From an uncultured delta proteobacterium (GTDB lineage: Bacteria > Myxococcota_A > Polyangia > Polyangiales > Polyangiaceae): DNA of 64,000 nucleotides. The stretch covers positions 4,672,001 to 4,736,000 of the forward strand of contig CAWAIF010000003.1 of assembly GCA_963782055.1 (NCBI GenBank), given 5' to 3'. Under the pieces are notes generated by a model that saw only the letters and a list, made by a program, of their open reading frames with translations, made no database searches and was not told the DNA's origin. A program made the position numbers and the translations under genes. This document shows, in pieces, positions 47,129-57,784 of this stretch; position 1 is the first letter of the stretch, and the number at the start of each line of letters is the position of its first letter.

Positions 47129-50100
47129 TCACGCCGGCGCGGCGGCCTCCCCCGGCGCGGACCCCGCCTCCGCCTCGGCGCGCTCGCGCTCCCGGGTGCG
47201 GTCCCTGGCGAACAGCATGTACAGCGACGGCACCACGAACAGCGTGAACGCCGTGCCGATCGTCATGCCGCCCACCAGCACCCGGCCGATGGAGTTGCGC
47301 GCGGCGGCGCCGGGGCCGGTCACGATGGTCAGCGGGAAGTGCCCGGCCACCGTGGCGACGGTGGTCATCAGGATGGGCCGCAGGCGAATCGCGGCGGCGG
47401 CCTTCACCGCCTCCAGCTTGGAGAGGCCGAGGAGCTGCTGCTCGTTGGCGAACTGGACGATGAGGATCCCGTTCTTGGACACCAGCCCGGCGAGGGTGAC
47501 CAGCCCCACCTGCGAGTAGATGTTGAGGGTGGAGGTCCAGCCGTCGGTGAGCGGGAAGCGGGTGCCCGGCGGCCCGGCGTACCGGAGGAAGGTGAAGAGG
47601 AGGGCCCCGAAGATGGCGAGGGGCACCGATCCGGCCAGGATGACCAGCGGGTCGCGGAAGGAGTTGAACTGCGCGGCGAGCACCAGGAAGATCATCAGGA
47701 TCGCCAGGAGCATCGCGGGCAGGAACTTCCCCGACTCCTGACGGAGCTGGCGCGACTCGCCGGTGTAGTCGACGCGGTAGCCCGCGGGCAGGATCTTCTT
47801 CGCCGCGTCCTCCAGCACCTTCAGCCCCGCGTCGGTGGACCGGGGCGCGACGCCGGAGATCTTCACCGCGTTGAGCTGCTGGAAGCGGTTGAGGGTGCGC
47901 GGCTCCACGCTGGTGCGCAGCGTGGCGATGGACCCGAGCGGCACCAGGTTGCCGTGCGGCCCGGTCACGTGGATGTTCTGCAGGGCCTCGGGGGTCAGGC
48001 GCGCGGAGCGCTCGATCTGGGGGATCACCTCGTAGGCCCTGCCCTGGATCTCGAAGCGGTTGACGTAGTTGCCGCCGAGCATCGAGGACAGGTCTGCGCC
48101 GAGCTGCTGCATGCTCACGCCCATCGACGCGGCCTTGTCGCGATCGACGACGATCTGGGCGCTCGCCTGATCGATCTTCACGTCGGTGACCGGGGGAAAG
48201 GCGAACTGGCCGCTCTTGATCGCCGCGTCCACGATCTCCTGCGCGAAGGTCATCACCTTGGCCTCGCTCTCGGTGGAGGCGATCACGAACTCGACGGGGA
48301 AGAGGCCGGGGCTGGGGAGCGCGGGGGGCAGGAAGACCGGCGACCGGATGCCGGCGACGTCGGACATCTTGCGCGAGAGGTCGGCCTGGATGGCGAAGAT
48401 GTCGCGCTTGCGCTCGCCCCACGGCTTCATGAGCGCCCCGCCGAAGCCGCCATAGGGGTAGGTCACCTGGAACGCCTGCTGGAACTCCGGCTCGGAGGCG
48501 AAGATGTGCTCCACCTGCTCGGTGTACGGCGTGAGGCGCTCCAGCGTCGCGTTCGCCGGCACGTCGATGGCCCCGAAGACGACGCCCTGGTCCTCCTTCG
48601 GCGCGAGCTCGAGGGGCGAGAACACGTACATCGGCACGACGAGCAGGGCGAGGACGCCCCAGACGACGTAGACGGCGGGGCGCGCGCGCAGCGTGCCGGC
48701 GAGCAGCCGCGCGTAGGTGCGCTTGATCCACTCGAAGCCGGAGTCGATGCGGCGCACCAGCCACCCGGGGTGCTCGACCTCCCGCACCACCTTGGACGAC
48801 ATCATCGGCGAGAGGGTGAGGGCGACGACGCCGGAGATGAAGACCGCCCCGGCGAGCGTGAAGGCGAACTCGCGGAAGAGCGCGCCGGTGAGCCCGGACT
48901 GGAAGCCGATGGGGACGTAGACCGCCGCCAGGGTGATGGTCATCGCGATGATCGGCGTGACCAGCTCGTGCGCGGCGTCCAGCGCGGCGCGGACGGGCGG
49001 CTTCCCCATGCGGACGTGGCGCTCGACGTTCTCCACCACGATGATGGCGTCGTCCACCACCAGGCCGACGGAGAGCACGATGGCCAGCAGGGTGAGCAGG
49101 TTCAGGGTGAAGCCCATCACCTGCATCAGGAAGACGGCGCCGACGAGGGAGAGCGGGATGGCGACGACCGGCACGAGCACCGTCCGGAACTTCCCCAGGA
49201 AGAGGAAGATGACGATCATGACGATGCCGATGGTCTCGAAGAGCGTGTGCGTGACGTCGGAGATGGCGTCGTCGATGTACGTCGTCGAGTCGTACGCCAC
49301 CGTGGCCTGCATCCCCGCCGGAAGGTCGTGCTGGATGCCCTCCACCTCGTGGCGGACGCGACCGATGACGTCCAGGGTGTTGGCGTTGGGAAGCACCCAG
49401 ACGCCCATGAAGACCGCCTTCTGGTTGGAGAAGCGCACGTCGGAGTCGTAGTCGTCCGCCCCGAGCGTCACGTCGGCCACGTCCTGAAGCCGCACCAGCG
49501 CGCCGTCGTGCTCGCGCAGCACCAGCTTCTTGAAGTCCTCCACCGAGGTCAGGTGCGTGGTGGCGGCGAGGTCCACCTCCACCAGGTTGCCCTTGGTCTG
49601 GCCCACCGCGGCGAGGTAGTTGTTGGCGGCGAGCGCCTCGCGCACCTGTCCCGGGCTGATGCCCAGCGCCGCCATGCGGTCCGGCTTCAGCCACGCGCGC
49701 AGCGCGAACGTGCGCCCGCCGAGGATGTCCGCGCGCTGCACGCCGTCGATCGCCGTCAGCCGCGGCTGCACGACGCGCGTCAGGTAGTCGGTCACCTGGT
49801 TCTGCGCCAGGATGTCCGAGCGGAAGGACAGGTACATCGCCGCCACCTGCGAGTTGGAGGGCTCGATGTGGATGGAGGGGATCTGCGCCTCCGGCGGCAG
49901 GTCGGCGCGCACCTGGTCGACGCGCGCGCTGATGTCGGCCAGCGCGCTGGCGGCGGGGTAGTTGAGCTTCAGCCGGACGTTGATGGTCGAGAGCCCGCGG
50001 CGGCTCTGCGACTCCATGTAGTCGATGCCGTCGGCGGCGGCGATCGCGCGCTCGAGCGGCGTGGTGATGAAGCCGCGCACCAGGTTGGCGTCGGCACCGA

Positions 50101-50254
50101 CGTAGACGGTGTTGATGGTGATGGTGGAGCTCTCCACCTTCGGGTACTGGCGCACGTTGACGCCGCGCAGCGCCTGCAGCCCCGCGATGAGGATGACGAG
50201 GTTGACGACGACGGCGAGGACGGGCCTGCGGATGAAGATGTCGGTGATCCTCAC
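47129..50254 (-). CDS. RND efflux permease subunit (AcrB/MexI-like)
   Basis: TDIFIRRPV, GLVVDDAIIVVENVER, KNGILIVQFAN, RLRPILMTT. Confidence 0.94.
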   Translation of the reverse strand: MRITDIFIRRPVLAVVVNLVILIAGLQALRGVNVRQYPKVESSTITINTVYVGADANLVRGFITTPLERAIAAADGIDYMESQSRRGLSTINVRLKLNYPAASALADISARVDQVRADLPPEAQIPSIHIEPSNSQVAAMYLSFRSDILAQNQVTDYLTRVVQPRLTAIDGVQRADILGGRTFALRAWLKPDRMAALGISPGQVREALAANNYLAAVGQTKGNLVEVDLAATTHLTSVEDFKKLVLREHDGALVRLQDVADVTLGADDYDSDVRFSNQKAVFMGVWVLPNANTLDVIGRVRHEVEGIQHDLPAGMQATVAYDSTTYIDDAISDVTHTLFETIGIVMIVIFLFLGKFRTVLVPVVAIPLSLVGAVFLMQVMGFTLNLLTLLAIVLSVGLVVDDAIIVVENVERHVRMGKPPVRAALDAAHELVTPIIAMTITLAAVYVPIGFQSGLTGALFREFAFTLAGAVFISGVVALTLSPMMSSKVVREVEHPGWLVRRIDSGFEWIKRTYARLLAGTLRARPAVYVVWGVLALLVVPMYVFSPLELAPKEDQGVVFGAIDVPANATLERLTPYTEQVEHIFASEPEFQQAFQVTYPYGGFGGALMKPWGERKRDIFAIQADLSRKMSDVAGIRSPVFLPPALPSPGLFPVEFVIASTESEAKVMTFAQEIVDAAIKSGQFAFPPVTDVKIDQASAQIVVDRDKAASMGVSMQQLGADLSSMLGGNYVNRFEIQGRAYEVIPQIERSARLTPEALQNIHVTGPHGNLVPLGSIATLRTSVEPRTLNRFQQLNAVKISGVAPRSTDAGLKVLEDAAKKILPAGYRVDYTGESRQLRQESGKFLPAMLLAILMIFLVLAAQFNSFRDPLVILAGSVPLAIFGALLFTFLRYAGPPGTRFPLTDGWTSTLNIYSQVGLVTLAGLVSKNGILIVQFANEQQLLGLSKLEAVKAAAAIRLRPILMTTVATVAGHFPLTIVTGPGAAARNSIGRVLVGGMTIGTAFTLFVVPSLYMLFARDRTRERERAEAEAGSAPGEAAAPA

Positions 50255-50261
50255 GGCGGTC

Positions 50262-51401
50262 TCAACGGTTGGGCGGGTGGGGGGCGAGCTGCGGCGTGGG
50301 CCCCACCTGGTTGCTCACCGTGACGCGCGCGCCGTTGCGCAGCTTGAACGCCCCGCCGGTGACCACCTCCTGCCCCACCTTCACGCCCTCGGTGATGGCC
50401 ACGAAGTCCCCGCGCGAGCGCCCCGTCCTGACGAACTGCTGCCGCGCCTTGCCGCCCTCCACCACGAAGACCGAGTCGCCGTACGACGCGTGCAGGACCG
50501 CCGTGGCGGGCACGGCGACGACCCTGGCGCTCTCCGGCTCGATGACCGCCACCCTCACGAACATCCCCGGCTGCAACCACGTGGCCTTCGGGGGGACGCT
50601 GGCCCGCAGCTTGATGTTGCGGGTGCTCGGATCGATCTGCGGGTCGATGGCGAAGAGGCTCCCCCGCGCGGTCTGCGGCGCGGCCGCGTCGCCGCCGGCG
50701 GTGCGCGCGCCTGCGTCCGACGTCAGCCGGACGGGCATCCCGATGGACGCGCGCGACAGGTCCTGCTGCGGCAGCGCGAAGTCGACGTAGATGGACTCCG
50801 GCGCCTCGAGGACGGTGATGGGGGTCCCCGGCGGCAGGTACTGCCCCACGTTGATCAGCCGGATCCCCAGCTTGCCGGCGAACGGCGCGCGGACGACCTT
50901 CTTCTCGATCTGCGCCTGGACCGCCGCGACGTCGGCGGTGGCCTGATCCATCGCCGACTGATCGGCGTCGAGCTGATCGCGGGGAACGCTGCGCGTCGCC
51001 ACCAGCCTGCTGGTGCGCTCCAGCGTGACCGCCGCCAGCGTCTTGCGGGCACGGGCGGCGGCGAGCTGCGCGCGCTCCACGCGCGTGTCCAGCTCGACCA
51101 GCACCTCACCCCTGCGCACGGTCTCGCCCGACTCGAAGTGGATGCGCGACACGATCCCCGCCGCGTCGTTGCTGATCGACACACCGCGCGCGGCCGCCAC
51201 GCTCCCGACGGAGTCGAGCGTGACGTCCCACGTCTCCTCCTTCGCGACGAAGGTGTTCACCGTCTCCGGTGGCGGTCCCGCGTTCTGCGCCTTCTTGCCC
51301 GCGGCCATCGCGACGGAGATCTCCGCGCCCTTGAGGGCGGCGAGCCCTCCGACGACGACGACGAGCCCGAGGGCGACCGCGAGGTTGACCTTGAGCGCCA
51401 T
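50262..51401 (-). CDS. RND periplasmic adaptor (membrane fusion protein)
   Basis: F.SG..V..G.VL..LD, RAPFAGKLG, IDP.TR, PGMFV. Confidence 0.9.
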   Translation of the reverse strand: MALKVNLAVALGLVVVVGGLAALKGAEISVAMAAGKKAQNAGPPPETVNTFVAKEETWDVTLDSVGSVAAARGVSISNDAAGIVSRIHFESGETVRRGEVLVELDTRVERAQLAAARARKTLAAVTLERTSRLVATRSVPRDQLDADQSAMDQATADVAAVQAQIEKKVVRAPFAGKLGIRLINVGQYLPPGTPITVLEAPESIYVDFALPQQDLSRASIGMPVRLTSDAGARTAGGDAAAPQTARGSLFAIDPQIDPSTRNIKLRASVPPKATWLQPGMFVRVAVIEPESARVVAVPATAVLHASYGDSVFVVEGGKARQQFVRTGRSRGDFVAITEGVKVGQEVVTGGAFKLRNGARVTVSNQVGPTPQLAPHPPNR

Positions 51402-51498
51402 GGCGTCGCGCTGCGCTGCAGGGAGCGTGCCCCGCGCCTGCGCTTGCTCCCGTCCGCGCATCGCGTGGCCCGAGGCTTGCGTGCGGCGCGAGGCCGGC

Positions 51499-52704
51499 AT
51501 GAGCTCCCCCATCCCCAGCCCCACGCCATCCTCACGGCCACGACGCCTGACGCAGCCGCCGTGGGGCTACGGCGCCGACCGCGTGACGGCCGCCGTCGTC
51601 GATCCCGACCGCCTCTACGTGTGCTGGGAGGTGACCGACGTCGCGATCGACCGCGCGGCCGTGGCGCTGGGCCACGGTGCGGAGGGCGCCGCGCTCGTCT
51701 TGCGCGTCCACGACACCACCGGACGCCTCTTCGACGGTCACAACGCGCACCACTTCTTCGATCACCGCGTGGAGCGCTCCGACCGGCAGTGGTTCTTCAC
51801 CGTCAACCGGCCCACGTCCACCGCGGTGGTGGAGCTGGGCCTCCGGGGCGGCGACGGGCGCTTCGTCCGGATCGCCCGCTCCAGGCGCGTCGACTTCCCG
51901 CGCAAGCACGCGGCGCCCTGGCGCGATCCGGAGTGGATGACGGTGCGGGCGGGCGGGGCGATCGAGCGCGGCGGGACCGGAGTGCCGTCACGCGCGGCGC
52001 CGCCCGTCCCGGGCGGCGGAGGCGCACACGACGAGCCCGCGGCGCACTTCGCGCCCATCCCCCTCTGGGTGCTGCACGACCTGCGCGAGACCTTCCACAT
52101 CGACGGTGACGCCCAGGGCGGCTGGGAGGTGTGGGAGACGTCGTGGCAGTGGAGCACCATCGCCGGCTGGCTCGATCCGGTGTGGACGGCGAGCTGGACG
52201 GCGGGCCCATTCGACTACCCCGTGGAGGTCGGCCCCCCCTTCTCCGAGTCGTGGCACGGGCGGCCCATCGCCTACCGCGTCGGCGGCGTGACGCACGTGA
52301 TCGACGGCCCGTGGCAGGTCGTGGTCAACAACCTCGGCGCCTTCCGCGAGGGCACGGTGGTGTCGCGATGGGAGATGGCGCGCTCGTGGGTGGTCGGCGC
52401 GGCGCAGGAGCGGCGCGTCACCGGCTGGACGCTCCCGGCGAAGGCAGGCGCCTCCGAGCACCGGGCCGGGGCGAGCGAACGAGCGTGGCTCTCCGGCAGC
52501 GAGCTGCGACTCGGCGGCGCCAGCGAGCGCTTCCGCCTCGGCGCGAGCGAGCTGCGCTTCGGCGGCGCCAGCGAGCGCCTCTTCGCCGGCGCGAGCGAGC
52601 GGCGCCTGGGCGGCGCGAGCGAGCGGCGCCTGGGCGGCGCGAGCGAGGTCCGGCTGGCCGCGGGCAGTGAATCCCGGCTCGCGTCCCCTTACCCGGAGTG
52701 GTGA
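51499..52704 (+). CDS. DUF4912 domain protein with C-terminal GASE repeats
   Basis: P.GYG.DR......DP..LY..WE, LVLRVHDTT, WF, IARS..V..P. Confidence 0.8.
   Translation: MSSPIPSPTPSSRPRRLTQPPWGYGADRVTAAVVDPDRLYVCWEVTDVAIDRAAVALGHGAEGAALVLRVHDTTGRLFDGHNAHHFFDHRVERSDRQWFFTVNRPTSTAVVELGLRGGDGRFVRIARSRRVDFPRKHAAPWRDPEWMTVRAGGAIERGGTGVPSRAAPPVPGGGGAHDEPAAHFAPIPLWVLHDLRETFHIDGDAQGGWEVWETSWQWSTIAGWLDPVWTASWTAGPFDYPVEVGPPFSESWHGRPIAYRVGGVTHVIDGPWQVVVNNLGAFREGTVVSRWEMARSWVVGAAQERRVTGWTLPAKAGASEHRAGASERAWLSGSELRLGGASERFRLGASELRFGGASERLFAGASERRLGGASERRLGGASEVRLAAGSESRLASPYPEW
52447..52680 (+). repeat. Coding tandem repeat, ~10 units of 24 bp (GASERRLG-like)
   Basis: ggcgcgagcgagcggcgcctgggc units visible in DNA and protein. 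Confidence 0.85.
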
Positions 52705-52707
52705 TCC

Positions 52708-54291
52708 ATGGCCCAGGGTTACTTCGCGCTCGTCCTGCACGCCCACCTGCCCTTCGTCCGTCACCCGGAGGACCCGACCGTGATGGAGGAGCGCTGGCTC
52801 TACGAGGCGATCACCGGCACGTACCTCCCGCTGCTGCAGGTGTTCGAGGGCCTCGTCGCCGACGGCATCCCCTTCCGCGTCACCGTCTCCATCTCGGCCC
52901 CGCTGCTCACCATGCTCACCGACGACCTGCTCAAGCAGCGTTACGCCGAGCACCTGGACGACCTCATCGCGCTCGCCGACAAGGAGCTGGCGCGCACGGG
53001 GCCGGAGCCGCACTACCACCGCCTCGCGCGGATGTACCGCGACCGCTTCGAGTCGCTGCGCAGGACGTGGCGTGCCCACGAGGGGGACCTGGTGCGGGCG
53101 TTCCGCAGCCTCCAGGAGGCGGGGCGGGTGGAGGTCATCACCTCGACGGCGACCCACGCCTTCTTCCCCATGATGGACAGGAACTGGGCAGCGATGCGCG
53201 TGCAGGTCCACGCCGCCGCGCAGCTCTACGAGCGCCACTTCGGCGCGCGGCCGCGCGGCATGTGGCTGGGGGAGTGCGGCTACGTCCCCGGGTGCGACGA
53301 GCTCCTGCGCGAGGCGGGCGTCCGCTACTTCGTCGTCGACACCCACGCGCTGCTGCTCGCCGACCGCCCGCCGCTCTACGGCGTGCACGCGCCGGTCTAC
53401 TGCCCGAGCGGCGTCGCCGCCTTCGCCCGCGACACCGAGTCGTCGGAGCAGGTGTGGAGCGCGAAGGAGGGCTACCCCGGCGACCCGCACTACCGCGACT
53501 TCTACCGGGACATCGGCTTCGACCTGCCGATGGACTACATCGGGCCGCACGTGCACCCGGACGGGATCCGCATGTACACCGGCTTCAAGTACCACGCGAT
53601 CACCCACGACAAGCTGCACGACAAGTGGGTCTACGACCCCGACATCGCCCGCGGGCGCGCCGGCCTGCACGCGTCGCACTTCCGCGGCAACCGGGAGAAG
53701 CAGATCGCCGCGCTCGCCGCCGGGATGGACCGGCCGCCCCTCGTCGTCAGCCCGTACGACGCCGAGCTCTACGGCCACTGGTGGTACGAGGGACCGCTCT
53801 TCCTGGGCGATCTCTTCCGGCAGCTCCACCACGATCAGGACGTGGTGGAGCCCATCACCCCCGGCGACTACCTGGATCGCCACCCGACCAACCAGATCGC
53901 CACCCCCAGCCTCTCGTCGTGGGGCGAGAAGGGCTACGCCTCGTACTGGTGCAACGAGTCCAACGCGTGGACGTACCGCCACGTGCACGTCGCCGCGGAG
54001 CGGATGGTGGAGCTGGCCCGCCGGCGTCCGGACGCGACGGCCGTGGAGCGGCGCGCCCTCGACCAGGCGGCGCGCGAGCTGCTGCTCGCGCAGTCCAGCG
54101 ACTGGCCCTTCATCATGACCACCGGGACCACGGTCCCCTACGCCACCCGGCGCTTCAACGATCACATCGTGCGCTTCACCAACCTCTACCACGCCCTCAC
54201 GGCCGGCGCGGTGGACGAGGCCTACGTGCGCGACCTGGAGGCCGCCGACAACGTCTTCCCCGACCTCGACTACAGGATGTACGCCACGTGA
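52708..54291 (+). CDS. GH57 family 1,4-alpha-glucan branching enzyme (DUF1957)
   Basis: LHAHLPFV, EERWLYEA, GMWLGECG, PYDAELYGHWW, LAQSSDWPF. Confidence 0.92.
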   Translation: MAQGYFALVLHAHLPFVRHPEDPTVMEERWLYEAITGTYLPLLQVFEGLVADGIPFRVTVSISAPLLTMLTDDLLKQRYAEHLDDLIALADKELARTGPEPHYHRLARMYRDRFESLRRTWRAHEGDLVRAFRSLQEAGRVEVITSTATHAFFPMMDRNWAAMRVQVHAAAQLYERHFGARPRGMWLGECGYVPGCDELLREAGVRYFVVDTHALLLADRPPLYGVHAPVYCPSGVAAFARDTESSEQVWSAKEGYPGDPHYRDFYRDIGFDLPMDYIGPHVHPDGIRMYTGFKYHAITHDKLHDKWVYDPDIARGRAGLHASHFRGNREKQIAALAAGMDRPPLVVSPYDAELYGHWWYEGPLFLGDLFRQLHHDQDVVEPITPGDYLDRHPTNQIATPSLSSWGEKGYASYWCNESNAWTYRHVHVAAERMVELARRRPDATAVERRALDQAARELLLAQSSDWPFIMTTGTTVPYATRRFNDHIVRFTNLYHALTAGAVDEAYVRDLEAADNVFPDLDYRMYAT

Positions 54292-55769
54292 ACGACCGGC
54301 CGCTCAAGGTGCTCTTCGTCTCCTCGGAGGTGGCGCCCTTCGCCAAGACCGGAGGGCTCGCCGACGTGTCCGGCGCGCTCCCCAAGGCGCTGCGCGCGCG
54401 GGGCGTGGACGTGCGCGTGGTGACGCCGCTGTACGCGGGCATGAACTGGGACGCGCAGGAGAAGCTGGACGGCGCGCTCGACGTGCCGATGTGGTGGGGC
54501 ACGGCGAGCGCGGGCGTCCGCCTGGGCGCGCTGCCCGGCAGCGAGGTGCCGGTCTACTTCCTGGAGTACAACCGCTACTTCGACAGGCCGCACCTCTACG
54601 GCCCCCCCGGCGACGCGTACGCCGACAACGTGGAGCGATTCACCTTCCTCTCCCGCGGCGCGCTGGAGGCGTCCAAGGCGCTCGGCTTCTTCCCCGACGT
54701 CATCCACGCCAACGACTGGCAGACGGCGCTGGTGCCGGTCTTCGTCGACACGGTGGAGTGGGGCAAGCCCCTGCACGCGGTGCCGACGGTCTACACCATC
54801 CACAACCTGGCCTATCAGGGCGTGACCGACGGCGGCGCCACCTTCGTCACCGGGCTGGGCGGCGAGCACTACAACGCCGGCGAGCTGGAGCACTTCGGCG
54901 CCCTCAACCTGACCAAGGCGGCGCTCCGCCACGGCACGATGCTGACCACGGTGAGCCCCACCTACGCGCGGGAGATCCAGTCGCCGGAGCACGGCTTCGG
55001 CCTGGACGGCGTGCTGCGCGAGCGCGGCGGCGATCTGGTCGGCATCCTCAACGGCATCGACACCGGGACGTGGGACCCGTCGAGCGACCCGCACCTGCCG
55101 GCGCGCTTCGAGCGGGGACGACTGGAGGGCAAGGACGCCTGCAAGGAGGCGCTGCAGGCCGAGGCAGGCTTCCCAATGCGCGCGGACGTCCCGCTCTTCG
55201 GGGCGATCGGCCGGCTCACCGCGCAGAAGGGCTACGACGTGCTCGCGCACTGCATGGACCGCGTGCTCGGGTGGGACCTGCAGTTCGTCCTGCTCGGCTC
55301 CGGCGACGCCGACGCGCAGCGCTACTTCGAGGGCCTCGCGGCGCGGCGGCCGGACAAGTTCCGCGCGTGGCTGCGCTTCGACGACGGCCTCGCGCACCGC
55401 ATCGAGGCCGGCGCCGACTTCTTCGTCATGCCCTCGCGCTACGAGCCGTGCGGGCTCAACCAGATGTACAGCCTCCGCTACGGGACGCTGCCGGTCGTGC
55501 GCGCCACCGGCGGCCTGCGCGACACCGTGCAGAGCTACCGCGAGGACACCGGCGACGGCACCGGCTTCGTCTTCCAGGACCTCTCGCCGGAGGCGCTGGC
55601 CAACACCATGGGCTGGGCGCTCTCGACCTACTACCAGCGCCGCGCCCACGTGCGCGAGATGCGCCGGCGCGCCATGGAGCAAGACTTCTCCTGGGCGGGG
55701 GCGGCGGAGGCCTACGACCACCTCTACCGCGACGCCTACCGCCGCCGCCGCGGCCACGACTTCGCCTGA
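54288..55769 (+). CDS. glgA: Glycogen synthase
   Basis: GTGA overlap; PFAKTGGLADV, HANDWQT, TIHNLAYQG, MPSRYEPCGLNQM. Confidence 0.93.
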   Translation: MNDRPLKVLFVSSEVAPFAKTGGLADVSGALPKALRARGVDVRVVTPLYAGMNWDAQEKLDGALDVPMWWGTASAGVRLGALPGSEVPVYFLEYNRYFDRPHLYGPPGDAYADNVERFTFLSRGALEASKALGFFPDVIHANDWQTALVPVFVDTVEWGKPLHAVPTVYTIHNLAYQGVTDGGATFVTGLGGEHYNAGELEHFGALNLTKAALRHGTMLTTVSPTYAREIQSPEHGFGLDGVLRERGGDLVGILNGIDTGTWDPSSDPHLPARFERGRLEGKDACKEALQAEAGFPMRADVPLFGAIGRLTAQKGYDVLAHCMDRVLGWDLQFVLLGSGDADAQRYFEGLAARRPDKFRAWLRFDDGLAHRIEAGADFFVMPSRYEPCGLNQMYSLRYGTLPVVRATGGLRDTVQSYREDTGDGTGFVFQDLSPEALANTMGWALSTYYQRRAHVREMRRRAMEQDFSWAGAAEAYDHLYRDAYRRRRGHDFA

Positions 55770-55849
55770 CGCCGCGCAACGGATTCGTCTCGACGCAAGG
55801 ATCGCCGCCCCCGGCGTCGCGCCGCGCGGACTGCGCGCCCGAAACACGA

Positions 55850-55865
55850 CGGCACGGCCCCTGCT
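55850..55865 (+). promoter_or_regulatory. Putative sigma54 promoter
   Basis: CGGCACGGCCCCTGCT, GG-N10-GC, upstream of the CBS gene. Confidence 0.5.
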
Positions 55866-55898
55866 TCGATCGGCCACAGACACCAAGCCCTGGAGGCC

Positions 55899-56354
55899 AT
55901 GATGATCGCCGCAGACGTGATGACGTCGAACCCACGCACCATCCGCGACACCGACACGATCGCGGACGCGGTCGAGGCACTGCAGCTGGCGGACGTACGC
56001 CACCTCCCTGTCGTCAACGAGCAGGACGAGCTGATCGGCATGCTCAGCGACCGGGATCTCGGCTCCCTCATGCGCACCTTCATGGAGAACGGCGACGCCG
56101 AGCGCATGGTGCCCGCCCTCTCCCAGCGCCTGGTGAGCCAGATGATGAGCGCCGACGTCGTGTGCGTCGACCTCGACGCGGACGTGACGAGCATCGCCGA
56201 GACCATGCTGGAGCAGCGCATCGGCGCCGTGCCGGTCGTGGACGGCGAGGGCGCGGTCGTCGGCATCGTCAGCTACGTCGACATCCTGCGCTCGGTGGTC
56301 CTCGGCGAGGAGAGCCCGGAGGGAGAGACTCCCCGGGCTACCGCGCGCGCCTGA
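55899..56354 (+). CDS. CBS domain protein
   Basis: DVMT.NP, RHLPVV...LIGMLSDRDL, AVPVVD...VVGIVSY.DIL. Confidence 0.9.
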   Translation: MMIAADVMTSNPRTIRDTDTIADAVEALQLADVRHLPVVNEQDELIGMLSDRDLGSLMRTFMENGDAERMVPALSQRLVSQMMSADVVCVDLDADVTSIAETMLEQRIGAVPVVDGEGAVVGIVSYVDILRSVVLGEESPEGETPRATARA

Positions 56355-56412
56355 GCGCACGGCGCCACCGGAGTGACTCGGCTTCGGCGGGGACATCCTC
56401 TATTCTTCGTGC

Positions 56413-57759
56413 ATGTCGCTGCCGCCCGGTCCGGACTCCCTGCCGGCGATCCAGATGCTCCGCTGGATCCGCAAGCCCTTCGAGCTGCTGGAGGAGTGCC
56501 ACGCGCGCTACGGCGACGTCTTCACCCTGCGCTTCCCCGGCTTCCCTGGCGCGCTGGTGACCGTCTCCGACCCGCTGGTGATCAAGGAGCTCTTCGGCCT
56601 CGGTCCCGACGCCGCGCACGCGGGGGAGGCGAACGTGATGCTCGAGCCCTTCGTCGGCAAGCGCTCGCTGCTGCTGCTCGACGGCGCCGACCACCTGCGC
56701 CAGCGCAAGATGATGCTCCCGGCCTTCCACGGCGAGCGCATGCAGGCATACGGCCGCGCGATGATGGACCTCACGCACGACTCCATCGACGCCTGGCCCG
56801 TCGGCCACCCCTTCCCCGTCCACAAGCGCACGCAGGCCATCACCCTGCAGGTCATCGTGCGCACCGTCTTCGGCGTGGAGGAGGGCCCGCGCTTCACCGA
56901 GCTCGCCGAGGTGCTCACGCGGGCGCTGGACGTGAGCGCCTGGCCCCCCTTGCTCTTCCCCTTCATGCAGCACGATCTCGGTCCCCTCAGCCCGTGGGGA
57001 CGCTGGCTGCGCCTCAAGCAGCGCATGGGCGCCCTCCTCACCGCGGAGATCCGCCACGCCAGGGCCAACGGCGTCGCCGGACGCAACGACGTGCTGGCGA
57101 TGCTCATCCAGGCGCGCGACGAGCGCGGCCGCCCCCTGACCGAGGAGGAGGTGCACGACGAGCTGGTGACGCTTTTGGTCGCCGGCCACGAGACGACCGC
57201 CACCTCCCTCGCCTGGGCCCTGCGCTGGATCCTCCCCGATCGCGATCTCACCGAGCGCCTGCTCGCGGAGATTGCCACCGCGGGCGACGACCCGGCGAAG
57301 GTCGCCCGGCTGGAGCTGCTGGACGCGACCGCGCGCGAGACCCTGCGCCTGCAGCCGGTGATCCCGATGGTCGGGCGCGTCCTCCAGGAGCCGCGCAGGG
57401 TGCGTGACTGGGAGCTGCCGCGCGGCATCCTCGTGGCGCCGTCCATCTACCTCGTCCACCGCCGGCCGTCGCTCTACCCCGAGCCGGATCGCTTCCACCC
57501 CGAGCGCTTCCGGACCTTCCGCCCCGCGGCCTGGGAGTTTCTCCCCTTCGGCGGTGGCCTTCGCAAGTGCGTCGGCGCCACCTTCGCCATCTACGAGATG
57601 AAGATGGTGCTCGCGGCGATGCTCCCGCGCGTCTCCATGCGCCTGGCGAGCGACGACGTGCACGTCAGCCGCCGCAGCATCACCCTCACCCCCTCCGGAG
57701 GCCTGCCGATCGTCGTTCGCCGCAAGCGCCCCCGCCCCGGCGTGGCGAACGCCGCCTAG
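56413..57759 (+). CDS. Cytochrome P450
   Basis: AGHETT, ETLR, PERF, PFGGGLRKCVG heme motif. Confidence 0.94.
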   Translation: MSLPPGPDSLPAIQMLRWIRKPFELLEECHARYGDVFTLRFPGFPGALVTVSDPLVIKELFGLGPDAAHAGEANVMLEPFVGKRSLLLLDGADHLRQRKMMLPAFHGERMQAYGRAMMDLTHDSIDAWPVGHPFPVHKRTQAITLQVIVRTVFGVEEGPRFTELAEVLTRALDVSAWPPLLFPFMQHDLGPLSPWGRWLRLKQRMGALLTAEIRHARANGVAGRNDVLAMLIQARDERGRPLTEEEVHDELVTLLVAGHETTATSLAWALRWILPDRDLTERLLAEIATAGDDPAKVARLELLDATARETLRLQPVIPMVGRVLQEPRRVRDWELPRGILVAPSIYLVHRRPSLYPEPDRFHPERFRTFRPAAWEFLPFGGGLRKCVGATFAIYEMKMVLAAMLPRVSMRLASDDVHVSRRSITLTPSGGLPIVVRRKRPRPGVANAA

Positions 57760-57784
57760 CCTCGGCTCTCCTCTCGCGCCCCCC

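Noticed and set aside
46008..50323. Very long alternative-frame ORFs (e.g. 46139..50323, 46008..49694; also most of 10940..16036 and 11683..15333)
   Set aside because: Shadow ORFs of real high-GC genes; Arg/Gly/Ala-rich translations with no recognisable motifs.
52447..52680. Regular 24-bp repeats resembling a CRISPR array
   Set aside because: In-frame coding repeats without unique spacers; no cas genes in the window.
52698..52722. Minus-strand GTAAC...CAC match
   Set aside because: Spacing is 17 rather than 18 and it lies antisense across a gene junction; likely chance.
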